A stretch of DNA of 64,000 nucleotides, taken from assembly GCA_030390025.1 (NCBI GenBank), contig CM059431.1, forward strand, positions 139,502,001 through 139,566,000. The letters run 5' to 3'. The stretch comes from Squalus acanthias (lineage: Eukaryota). This document shows, piece after piece, positions 49,085-60,200 of the stretch (the stretch's first letter is position 1; each line of letters opens with the position of its first letter). A program made the position numbers and the translations under genes. The notes under the pieces were generated by a model. That model did no database searches, was not told the origin of the DNA, and saw nothing but the letters and a program-made list of their open reading frames with translations.

Positions 49085-50720
49085 ACTGGATTTTTCCCCA
49101 GCGGGTCGGGACCCCGCTGTCAATCCCCCGCAAAGCGCCTTTCCCAAATGTCGGGTCTGTCAGCGCTGAGCAGACCCGACACGCAGCGGCGAGGGGGGCA
49201 TTTCAGGTCATTATGACCTTATTAACAGAGGATTAACAACTATTTTCAGCTCACCTTCAGAGTTTAACAGGTCGCCTACGTGGTCCACGCTGCTCGGGGA
49301 TCATGTCAGGTATACAGGGCGGGAGTTAAATGGCCATAGAATCATCTCATTACTTGACAGCTGGAAATGTGCTATAAAAGCTCCCATCTCACAGCTGTTC
49401 AATTTCCAAGCGCAGAAGCTGTTGCTTCCTGCATTTCGAAGAGAGATTGTGCTTTATGCAGATTGCAAGTGTTTGGAGCAAACTCTCTATCCAGTGTCAC
49501 AACATCTCTCACCATTGACAGATCGCTTCTGTCATCTCAAGTTCACCTGCCGTCTTTTACACCAGCATGGGTATGGTTTACACTGTCTCACCTTGGGCCT
49601 CAGCGTCTCACCACGATCAGCCCCAACCTGCATCACCAGGCACACTAGCAGCACCAACAACAACACCAACCTGTTCTGCAAGTCCTGATGCTGCACATCA
49701 CAGAGCGCATCAACACCCGTCCACATTGCTGACCGGGACGCCAGAGATGGCCTCACCATGGTCATATTTTCTTCACTTGACGCTGCATGGCCTGATTGCA
49801 ACATTATGCGCCAGCTTGCCACCAGCCCACACCAACAATATAAAGCATCCTTACAATGTCCAAACCATTCCTCTCACATTAATCAGCATTGCGGGGGGTA
49901 CCGTTATGTCTCACCATTCACTGCAGCTCACTAAAACACATCTAAAGGTGCACACAATTCTGTCGAAGAACGGAAAGTGTTGAAAATAAAGATTTCAATG
50001 TTTGACACCACATTAACAGAAACTTCACATGAACATTGACTGAAACACACAATTACCTACCCTTGTGTGTTGTTAGTTGATATGATTGGACTAGGATGAG
50101 GGTGAGTTTGAGGGCTTGCTAGTGAGATGCGGATGTGATAATATAGATAGAGAGGGATGGGTGGAGGTGCAAGGTAAGTTGGTGTGAGACAGAATGTGTG
50201 GGAGTAGGGTAGGGAAGGCAGAGTGATGGGGATGTGATGAGTGGCACAGCAGGATGAGGTTGAGGGTGGCTTTGCAGTAACGTTTCGTGATCTACTGAGA
50301 TCATTGAAAGGTTTGCGGCACTGCAGCCTGATCCTCCTGACGACATTCCTGCTTGAGCCCCACTGTGCAATGTGCAACCGGCTGTGTTGGTCTCTTCCGC
50401 CAATTGGAAGTGAAGAGTACCTCCCTGCGTGCTGTGGCTCCCTCAATTAGCAGGTGGAGGGAGTTATGGGAGAGCCTGGGTGCAGCCGTGCTCCTCTGTG
50501 CAGAGATGGTCAGTGTTTGCAGCAGCTCAATACTGTAGAACACTGACATCACAATGGGTAAACTCAATGTGCGCATCATCAAATGACGTCATCAGATCTG
50601 CTTCCTCCAATTCTCCAGAGCGAGGCGGCGACCCGCCACCGACCCGACCCCGGTCGCACCGGACCCGCCGACCCGCCCCCTGCCCCGGCCGCGCCCGACC
50701 CGCCCAGGGTGGGAAATCAC
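49085..50720 (-). mobile_element. Harbinger-type transposon relic with Myb/SANT-like remnant (third copy of the family)
   Basis: AAPRLSHNSLHLLIEG..EVLF and HIAQ..RRIRLQCRKPFNDL on the - strand. Reverse complement of 9840-12100. Confidence 0.7.
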
Positions 50721-50848
50721 GGGGGGAAACCGGGTTATTAATGTCCTGAAGTACTTTAAGTGATTGCTGTAATATCCGAGAGAGAAAAATATATCAAAGC
50801 CGGGGTTTGATTACGTCTGTTTCTCTCTCTCTCTCTCTTTGTGTTTAG

Positions 50849-50935
50849 ACTGAATCACAATAATCTGGGAGATTCAGGAGTGAAACAAGTGTCTGCGGCT
50901 CTGAGGAACCCGGACTGTAAAATACAGGAACTGTG
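50849..50935 (+). CDS. NLR exon 6 (LRR, 87 nt)
   Basis: [32 protein letters not shown] boundaries, phase 2 to 2. Confidence 0.92.
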
Positions 50936-51076
50936 GTAAGTACCAGACTGTGTTAGATTGTGTTTATGATAACTGGATGTCTGACACTGAACATTATTAT
51001 TAGTGTCCTTAATGGTGTTATTAATAAACTCTGGGGATTTACTCTGATTCCTGTTATTTCTCTCTCTGATCCCCAG

Positions 51077-51247
51077 GCTGGGTGATGTAGGTCTCCCAGT
51101 TTCTTGTACCGGGGATCTCGCCTCCGCTCTCAGTACAAACCGGTCACTGACGTTTCTGAACCTGGGTAATAATAAACTGGGAGATTCTGGAGTGAAAGTA
51201 CTGTCTGCGACTCTGAGGAACCCGGACTGTAAAATACAGGAACTGCG
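51077..51247 (+). CDS. NLR exon 7 (RI-type LRR, 171 nt)
   Basis: [38 protein letters not shown].., ccccag/gtaagt boundaries. Confidence 0.93.
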
Positions 51248-51373
51248 GTAAGTACCAGACTGTGAGATTGTGTTTATAATAACTGGATATCTAACACTAC
51301 TTTATTAATAGTATCAGTAATAGTGTTATTAATAAACACTGGGGATTTACCCTGATCCAGTTATTTCTCTCTC

Positions 51374-54300
51374 CATTTTGGATACTGCTGGGGGAGATGG
51401 TTTCTCAGGAGAATGCAGCAAGAACCAAGTCCGTGGCACTACGAGTGGCTCAGCTGCACAGGAGGGGAGGAAAATCAAAGAGAGAGCAAGAGTGATGGGG
51501 GATTCTAACGTAAGGGTAACAGATAGACGTTTCTTTGGCTGCAGACGTGACTCCAGGATGGTATGTTGCCTCCCTGGTGCTAGGGTCAAGGATGTCACTG
51601 AGCGGCTGCAGGACAATCTGAAGGGGGAGGGTGAACAGCCAGAGGTCGTGGTCCATATCGGTACCAACGACATAGGTTGAAAGGGGGATGAGGTCCTGCA
51701 AGCAGTATATAGGAAGCTAGTAAATAAATTAAAAAGCAGGACCTCAAAGGTAGTAATCTCAGGATTTCTCCCAGTGCCACGTGCTAGCGAGAGCAGAAAT
51801 AGGAGAATAGATCAGATGAATGCGTGGCTGGAGAGATGGTGTAAGAGGGAGGGGTTTAACTTCCTGAGGCATTGGGACCGATTCTGGGGAAGGTGGGACC
51901 TGTACAAGCTGGACGGATTACAGCTCGGCAGAAACGGGACCAACGTCCTCGCAGTGGGGTTTGCTAGTGCTGTTGGGAAGGATTTAAACTAGTTTGTAAT
52001 GGGGCTGGGAACCTAAGTGTGGGCCCAGAACGGAGAGAAACAAAACTGGAAGTGCAAGTTAGAAAAGTACTCAGCAATACTGGTAGGGAGCAGAATCAAA
52101 CGCCAACAGTAAAGAGGGTCAAAGTGCAGAAACATATTAAACAGGCTAAGTTGAAGGCACTTTATCTAAATGCACGTAGCATTCGCAAAAAGGTGGATGC
52201 ATTAATGGCACTAATAGAAGTAAATGGGTATGATGTAATTGCCATTACAGAGACATGGTTGCAGGGTAACTTAAGCTGGGAACTGAATGTTCCAGGGTAC
52301 TCAATATTTAGGAAGGACAGACAAAAAGGAAAAGGAGCTGGCGTAGCGCTGTTAATAAGGGATGAGATCGGTACGGTAGAGATAAAAGATCTTAGCTTGG
52401 CAGATCGTGATGTAGAACTGGAATCAGTTTGGGTGGAGCTAAGAAACAGCCAAGGGCGGAAAACATTGGTGCGAGTTGTGTATAGGCCACCAAATAGTAA
52501 TGGTAATGTAGGGCACAGAATCAATCACGATATTAGAAGTGCATGTAACAAGGGTAATACGGTAATCATGGAGGGCTTTAATCTACATATTGACTGGGCA
52601 AATCAAATTACCACTAATGGTGTGGAGGACGAATTCTTGAAATGCATGCGAGATGGTTTCCTGGATCATTATGTGGAAGAACCAAACAGGGAACAGGCTA
52701 TTCTGGATCTGGTACTTTGTAATGAGAAAGCGCTAATCAGTAATCTTGTGGCAAAGGGGCCATTAGGGACAAGTGACCATGATATGATTGAATTTACATT
52801 AAGTTTGAGAGTGATGTAGTCCAATCTGAAACTCAGGTTATCAATCTAAACAGAGGAAACTACAAGGGCATGAGGGACAAGATGGCCAAGGTATATTGGG
52901 AGACTACACTGAAAGGTATGAAGGTGGGCTTACAATGGCTAACATTCAAGGAAATAATGCATAATTTGCAACAAACATAAATTCCTCTAGGGCATAAAAA
53001 GCCAAAAGGAAAATTGATTCAACCATGGCTGACAAAAGAAATTAAAGCTAGTATTTAGTCAAAGGAGGAAGCTTATAACGTTGCCAGAAAAAGCGGTCAG
53101 CCTGAGGATTGGGATCTATTTAGAAATCAGCAAAGGGGGACCAAGAAATTGATAAAGAAAGGGAAAATGGAATATGAGCACAAACTAGCGAAAAATATAA
53201 AAACGAATTGTAAAAACTTCTATAGGTATGTGAAAAGGAAAAGACTGGCGGAGGTAAATGTAGGTCCTTTACAGTCAGAGATGGGAGAATTTAAAATGGG
53301 GAATGAGGAAATGTTCGAGAAATTAAATAAATACTTTGTTTCTGTCTTCACGGAGGAAGACTCAAAAAACCTCCCAGAAATCCGAGAAAAACAAGGGTGT
53401 GACGAGAATGAGGAACTTAAATAAATTATTAGTAAAAAAACAGTACTAGCAAAATTAATGGGACTAAAAGTCGAAAAATCCCAAGTACCGGATGACCTAC
53501 ATCCTAGGGTTTTGAAAGAGGTAACCATTGGAATAGTGGACGCATTGGTTGTCATCTTCCAAAATTCTATAGATTCTGGAACGGTTCCTGCAGCTTGGAG
53601 GATAGCAAATGTAACCCCGCTATTTAAGAAAGGAGGGAGGGAGAAAACGGGGAACTACAGACCTCTTAGCCTCACATCAGCAGTTGGGAAAATGCTGGCA
53701 TCTATTATAAAGGATGCAATAACTTGGCACTTAGAAACTGATAGTAAGATTGGGCAGAGTCAACATGGATTTATGAAAGGGAAATCCTGTTTGACAAACC
53801 TTTTGGAGTTCTTTGAGGATGTAACAAATGGAGTAGACAAAGGGGAACCGGTAGATGTGGTGTATCTGGATTTTCAGAAGGCCTTCGATAAGGTCCCACA
53901 CAAGAGGTTAGTGAACAAAATTAGGGCACATGGAATTGGGGGTAATGTACCAGCATGGATTGAGAATTGATTAACAGACAGAAAACAAAGAATAGGGATA
54001 AACGGGTCTTTCTCGGGATGGCAGGCTGTGACTAGTGGGGTACCGCAAGGATCGGTGCTTGGGCCCCAGCTATTCACAATCTATATCAATGATTTGGATG
54101 AGGGCACTAAATGTAACATTTCCAAATTTGCTGATGATACAAAGCTAGTTGTCAGTGTCAGTTGCGAAGGGGATGTGAAGATGCTTCAAGGTGATCTCGA
54201 CAGGCTCAGTGAGTGGGCGAGATCATGGCAGATGGAATATAATGTGGATAAATGTGAAGTTATCCACTTTGGTAGACAAAACATAAAGGCAGAGTATTTC

Positions 54301-55051
54301 CTAAATGGTGCAAGATTGGGGAATGCAAATGCTCAAAGGGAACCTGGGTATCCTTGTACATGGGTCACTGAAAGTGAATGTGCAGGTGCAGCAAGCCATT
54401 AGGAAGGCAAATGGTATGCTGGCCTTCCTTACAAGAGGATTTGAGTACAGGAGTGAAGAAGTGTTACTCCAATTATATACGCCTTGGTGAGACCACACCT
54501 GGAGTATTGTGTACAATTTTGGTCTCCTTACCTAAGGAAGGATATACTTGCCATAGAGGGAGTGCAACGAAGGTTCACCAGATTGATTCCTCGGATGGTG
54601 GGACCGTCGTATAAGAATAGATTGAGTAAACTAGGTCTGTATTCTCTTGAATCCAGAAGAATGAGAGGGGATCTCATTGAAGCATGTAAAATTATTACAG
54701 GGCTTGATAGGATGGATGCTGGGAGAATGTATCCCTTAGCTGGGGAGTCTAGAACCAGGTGCCACAGCCTCAGGATAAAGGGTAGGCCATTCAGGACTGA
54801 GAGGAGAAGACATTTCTTCACAAGGAGGGCGGTGAATCTTTGGAATTCTCTACCCCAGAGGGCTGTGGAGGCTCAGTCATTGGGTATATTCAAAACAGAA
54901 GTCGATAGATTTCTGACTGGTAAGGCCATCAAGGGATATGGCGATAGGGCCGGTGAATGGAGTTGAGGCACAAGATTAGCCATGATCTCATTGAATGGCG
55001 GAGCAGGCTCGAAGGGCCGAATGGCCTATTTCTGCTACTGTTATGTTCTTA
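51374..55051 (+). mobile_element. Long CR1 LINE (ORF1 SGNH esterase region, ORF2 APE endonuclease and RT, 3' tail), inactivated
   Basis: VMGDS..CLPGA..HIGTND; LYLNARSI..IAITETW..GTSDH; NYRPLSL, YLDFQKAFDKV, GVPQGSVLGP, KFADD. Several stops and frameshifts. Confidence 0.95.
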
Positions 55052-55061
55052 TGATCCCCAG

Positions 55062-55232
55062 GCTGGGTTCTGTAGGTCTCACAGATTCTTGTGCCGGGGA
55101 TCTCGCCTCCGTTCTCAGTACAAACCGCTCACTGACGGATCTGGACCTGAACTGCAATAAACTGGGAGATTCAGGAGTGAAACTACTGTCTGCGGCTCTG
55201 AGGAACCCGGACTGTAAAATACAGAAACTGCA
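55062..55232 (+). CDS. NLR exon 8 (LRR, 171 nt)
   Basis: [34 protein letters not shown].., ccccag/gtaagt boundaries. Confidence 0.93.
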
Positions 55233-55371
55233 GTAAGTACCAGACTGTGTGAGATTGTGTTTATAATAAGTGGATGTCTGACACTACATTATTATTAGTA
55301 TCAGTAATAGTGTTATTAATAAACACTGAGGATTTACTCAGATTCCTGTTATTTCTCGCTCTGATCCCCAG

Positions 55372-55539
55372 TCTATCGAGAGTCGGTCTCACAGATTCTT
55401 GTGGCGAGGATCTCGCCTCCGCTTTCAGTACAATCCGGTCACTGACGGATCTGAACCTGCAATCAAACTCCTTCACAGACCGATCTGTCCCCGCTCTCCG
55501 CCGCTTCATATTGACCTGCAGGAGTCTGGAGCGGATCGA
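55372..55539 (+). CDS. NLR exon 9 (LRR, 168 nt)
   Basis: LSRVGLTDSCGEDLASAF..LNLQSNSFTDRSVPALRRFILTCRSLERI, ccccag/gtgagt boundaries. Confidence 0.92.
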
Positions 55540-55710
55540 GTGAGTGTTTGTGTTAATGTTTAATGTAATAAATAAAATATCAATGGGATTCAGTCACTTT
55601 TATTGTAATATTTGTCTGTAATTATTATTGAAATATTAACCCTAGTCTCCCTGTTATTTACACTGTTGTTCAATCTGTTTATATCCTGTTTAATATTTAA
55701 TCTGTTTCAG

Positions 55711-55798
55711 GCTGGGCAGGAATCAGTTCAGTTCAAATGGACAGAAACAGTTGAAGTCACTGCAGGGAACAAGACCCGGACTGAGTGTGGATGTGTGA
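55711..55798 (+). CDS. NLR terminal exon 10
   Basis: Acceptor tttcag, LGRNQFSSNGQKQLKSLQGTRPGLSVDV*, TGA at 55796-55798. Confidence 0.88.
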
Positions 55799-56199
55799 AC
55801 ATTTCAATTGATGACGTCACATGCTCTCATTATATGACCATTGTTGGCCGATGATTTGATTTTAATTTAATTTAAGGGTGTCCAGCTCGAGTTGAGCAAG
55901 CGTCATCTCCCATTGTGAGGTTAGAGACCCAGCCACAGGGTCACGAGACCCAGCCGCCCGGCCCCACAGCGCTGCTTCTGCAGGATATCCGGGGCTGAAT
56001 GTTCCCCAATGGGGCACTGGGGAAATGCACAGACAGGAAGGGCCCAGGGTGGGGCTCAGTCTGTGCTGCAGTGGGACACTGACAATCGCACTCAGTATTC
56101 CTGTGTGTCTCTCCCAGTGAGGAGTCAGACTCTGTAACAAGTGTCCCTGTGTACAGTGTGTGTCTCTCCCAGTGAGGAGTTGGACTCTGTAACAAGTGC

Positions 56200-56510
56200 C
56201 CCTACAACCCTTCGAGATCTCTCCACTCCTCTCACCTGTTGCACATCCTCGATTTTCGTTGCTCCACATTGGCACCATGACTTCAGCTGCCAAGGCCCTA
56301 AACTCTGGAATTCCCTCCCTAAACCTCTTCGCAGCTCTACCTCTCTCTCCTCCTCCTTTAAACGCTTTTTAAAACCGACCAGTTTCACCGAGCTTTGGGC
56401 CATGCCTCCTAAAATCTCCTTATGTGGCTCAGTCAAATTTTGTCTGCTAATTGCCTTGTGTCGTTTCATTACATTAAAGCCGCTATTTAAATGCAAGTTA
56501 TTATTGTTGT
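56200..56510 (+). mobile_element. L2-like LINE/SINE 3' end in the putative 3' UTR
   Basis: FSCQGPKLWNSLP..SSFKRFLK resembles an L2 ORF2 C-terminus, with tail taaatgcaagttattattgttg. Confidence 0.6.
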
Positions 56511-56524
56511 CCCTGTGTTGTGTT

Positions 56525-56530
56525 AATAAA
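56525..56530 (+). promoter_or_regulatory. Candidate polyadenylation signal of the NLR gene
   Basis: AATAAA ~730 nt after the stop codon. Position is the only support. Confidence 0.35.
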
Positions 56531-56640
56531 ACCCCACCGCTTACTTCAGCTCACGCCTTTTCTCCTCGACATTTTCAATAACTGACTTCATTGTTTTAAT
56601 ATATTAAATAACATTTTCTCTAAAGTACATCCCACCTTCT

Positions 56641-57272
56641 CCCCCTCTGGCCTCGGTCGGTCCCCTCTGGAGGAGGCCTCGGTCGGTCCCCTCTGGAGGA
56701 GGCCTCGGTCAGTCTCCTCTGGAGGAGGCCTCGGTCGGTCCCCTCTGGACTAGGCCTCGGTCGGTCCCCTCTGGAGGAGGCCTCGGACGGTCCCCTCTGG
56801 AGGAGGCCTCGGTCGGTCCCCTCTGGACTAGGACTCGGTCGGTCCCCTCTGGAGGAGGCCTCGGTCGGTCCCCTCTGGAGGAGGTCTCGGTCGGTCCCCT
56901 GTGGAGGAGGCCTCGATCGGTCCCCTCTGGAGGAGGCCTCAGTCGGTCCCCTCTGGAGGAGGGCTCGGTCAGTCCCCTCTGGAGGAGGTCTCGGTCGGTT
57001 CCCTCTGGAGGAGGCCTCGGTCGGTCCCCTCTGGAGGAGAGCTCGGTCGGTTCCCTCTGGAGGAGGCCTCGGACGGTCCCCTCTGGACGAGGCCTCGGTC
57101 GGTCCCGTCTGATCGAGGCCTCGGTCGGTCCCCTCTGTACGAGGCTCGTTCGGTCCCGTCTAGACGAGGCCGCGGTCGGTCCCCTCTGGAGGAGGCCTCG
57201 GTCAGTCCCCTCTGGAGGAGGCCTCGGTCGGTCCCCTCTGGACGAGGCCTGGATCGGTCCCCTCTGGAGGAG
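56641..57272. repeat. 26-bp GC-rich minisatellite, ~24 copies
   Basis: Consensus CCCCTCTGGAGGAGGCCTCGGTCGGT. Confidence 0.97.
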
Positions 57273-57274
57273 AT

Positions 57275-60200
57275 CTGACAGTAAAAGCTGCTGTGGGATA
57301 TTTGCATTCTTCTAATTCCACTCCACTCAAATCAAGACCAGACAGGCTGGCAGGCAGTGAGAGACACACATGAAATCAAGGCACATGCAGGATAGAAATC
57401 AAAACAGAAAATGCTGGAAATACTCAGCAGGTCAGGCAGCATCTGTGGAGAGAGAGAGAAACAGAGTTAATTTTTCAGCTCGATGAACTGTCGTCAGAAC
57501 CTTGCCAGAATCTGAAGAAAGGTCATCGAGATGAAACGTTAACTCTGTTTCTCCCTCCACAGATGCTGCCTGACCTGCTGAATATTTCCAGCATTTTCTG
57601 TTTTTATTCCCATTTCCAGCATCAGTAATATTTTGCTTTTGATGCAGAATAGAAAGCCTGTATCTGTAGGCTGCAAAATGAAAAGATAAAATTCTGAAAA
57701 GTGTGTTTTTGCTTTTAAGCTGCCGAACACAGCAGAGCAATGACAGAAATCAACTTTCTTTCATTGCGTGTGTGTGTGTGTGTGTGTGTGTGTGGTGGTA
57801 ATGCTGTGGGATCTTACTTTGCCATTTTTCCAGACTTTTGTAAAAAGCAAAGCTACATATATACATCAAGCCAATTGATTTTTTTCTGCACTGGACTTTA
57901 TCGAGGAATGTTTGTGGGCTGTTTCAGAGCATATCCTGCTGTGGGATCTTACTCTCCCCTTTAAGCCCAACCACTACAAGACATGACTTTTGTAAAAACA
58001 AAGTTTATATATTATATATTAAAAATATTTTCAGAATGATCCATTTGATGTTTTTTGGGACTGGGCTTTATTGGGGAATGTGCTTGGGGTGTTATCAGAT
58101 CAAAAGCTGCTGTGTCATCATTCCATTCATTTTATTCCACTTAACACAAATCACAGACAGACAGAAATTTCGTTAACAAAAGTAATGTATATGTATTATT
58201 GATCCATAATTTTATTTCCATCTTTTCACCCTCCCGGTCCTTCAATTTCCGCGTGGGGTCCCAGATTTCTGCGGCCTTGGCTTCACTTCTTCCTATTGGA
58301 TGATCGTCATTATACATGGCCCCACAGCCAGGAAGGGACGTCATCAAAAATAGACACTCCCAGGCTGCACCCCTTTCAAAGTGGATGTTTGAGTGTGAAT
58401 TTCTGCAAATTACAGAGTGTGTGTGTCATGTGTAAGAATAAAAATATGTTTTGTATGTGTGATGGACTGGAGACTATTAATATAAGATGTTTATGGATCT
58501 CCCTGCTCAAGGCAACGGCGTGAAACTTAACAAAGGAAACCTACATAAATGGATAACCCCCCACAGAGACTCACCATTGAAACTCAAGACCCATTAAAAG
58601 GTGTTAACAAACAATTGACTTAATCAAGAAATGGCAGCAGCCACTGCAGACAGACACATGTTCAATGGAAAGCCAATCAAGAACTGCCATGAAACTAAGA
58701 CCCAATCCTGGGGTCTTAGCAATTTAGAGTAGAGACAATTAACTTAAAAAGGTATAAAACAAGGAACCCAAAAGGCTCTCTCTCTCTGGATAACTACGCG
58801 GAAAAGCAAGAAGTCCTCCCTCTACAGACCAGACCAAGAAACAAGGAAAAAGGCCGCGTGCATTGCTTGACTCGGAAGTACCAGTCTGTGTAAATCTAAC
58901 CCATTACCTTATGTGTTGTAATTGAATAGAGTCCATAAATACCAGTTGGCTATTGTTTTGATGTGTATGAATGTGTGTGTTTAATACACTTGCAGGCGTT
59001 TGTGTGTTTAATAAACTTATTAAAAATTGTTTCAAAAGAATTGGTCTTGCTGTCATTTTAATGCCAGTCGAAATAAAAAGCTTACACATGTTACTGTAAA
59101 TTTTAGTTAAATGTGGGTGGGAGGGAGACTGTGTGAGTGACAGACAGTCAGACAGTCAGTGAGAGAGAGACATGAAATCAAAAGGCAACTTGCAGAATAG
59201 AAAGTCTGTTTCTGTAGGCCACAAAGTAACATACTAAAAAGTGTCTTTTTGGTTTTAATCTTCCAACACGGCAGTCATCCCTCTGCAGGCTGCCCAGGGT
59301 GTGTGTGTGATAGAGAGAGAGGGCAAAATATGGTGTTTGTGTGAGATGTGGTCTGGTGTCTTATTACCTGCTGTTGTACTAAATCCTAGTGATTTCATTC
59401 TGGCCTGGTCCACATGTAATGCTGTTGTGCATCAGTTTCTTGCACTTTATTTCATTTCACTTCACTTCAAAACAGACAGTCAGTCAGTGAGATACTGAAA
59501 AATGTCTTCGTGGACTGTCTGACAGTAAAAGCTGCTCTGGAAAATTTGCATTCTTTGTATTCCACTCCACTCAAATCAAGACAAGGCAGGCAGGCAGTGA
59601 GAGAGACACATGAAATCAAGACAACATGCAGAATAGAAATAACAACAGAAATGCTGGAAATACTCAGCAGATCAGGCAGCATCTGTGGAGAGAGAGAGAG
59701 AAACAGTTAACGTTTCAGCTCAATGACCTTTCGTCAGAACCTTGTCAGAATCTGATGAAAGGTCTCTCTCTCTCCACAGATGCTGCCTGACCTGTTGCGT
59801 ATTTCCAACATTTTCTGTTTTTATTTCAGGTTTCCCACATCCACAGCATTTGCTTTTAATGCAGAATAGAAAGCCTGTTTCTGTAGGCCGCAAAATGAAA
59901 TGATAAGATACTGAAAAGTGCCTGTTTGCTTTTAAACTGCCGAACACAGCAGAGGAATGATAGACATTAACTTTCTTTCATTGCTGACAGTGTTTTGTGG
60001 CAATTTTGCAGGCAGGTTTGTGTGTGTGTGTGAGAGAGAGAGAGAGACAGACAGACAGCTAAGGTGCTTTGTATGCAGGGCTTGTCTGTGTTCAAGTTCC
60101 CTGCCATGTTCATTGGTACTGCATCTCATATCTGAAAAAAACAGGAAGTAAATACCATTAGATCATGCTGATTTCATTCCAGACTGCACTGCTGTGGGAT

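Larger units (their letters stand above)
32762..55798 (+). pseudogene. NLR family gene (CARD-like + NACHT + RI-type LRR), 10 coding exons, probably recently inactivated
   Basis: Ten exons join with compatible phases from a Kozak ATG to TGA. Lesions: TAA at 45990-45992 and AC acceptor at 44693-44694. Confidence 0.88.

Noticed and set aside
51374..55051. Active autonomous LINE
   Set aside because: 5'-truncated, with multiple stops and frameshifts in both ORFs.
56901..57307. Arg/Pro-rich ORFs on both strands
   Set aside because: Translations of the 26-bp GC-rich minisatellite.
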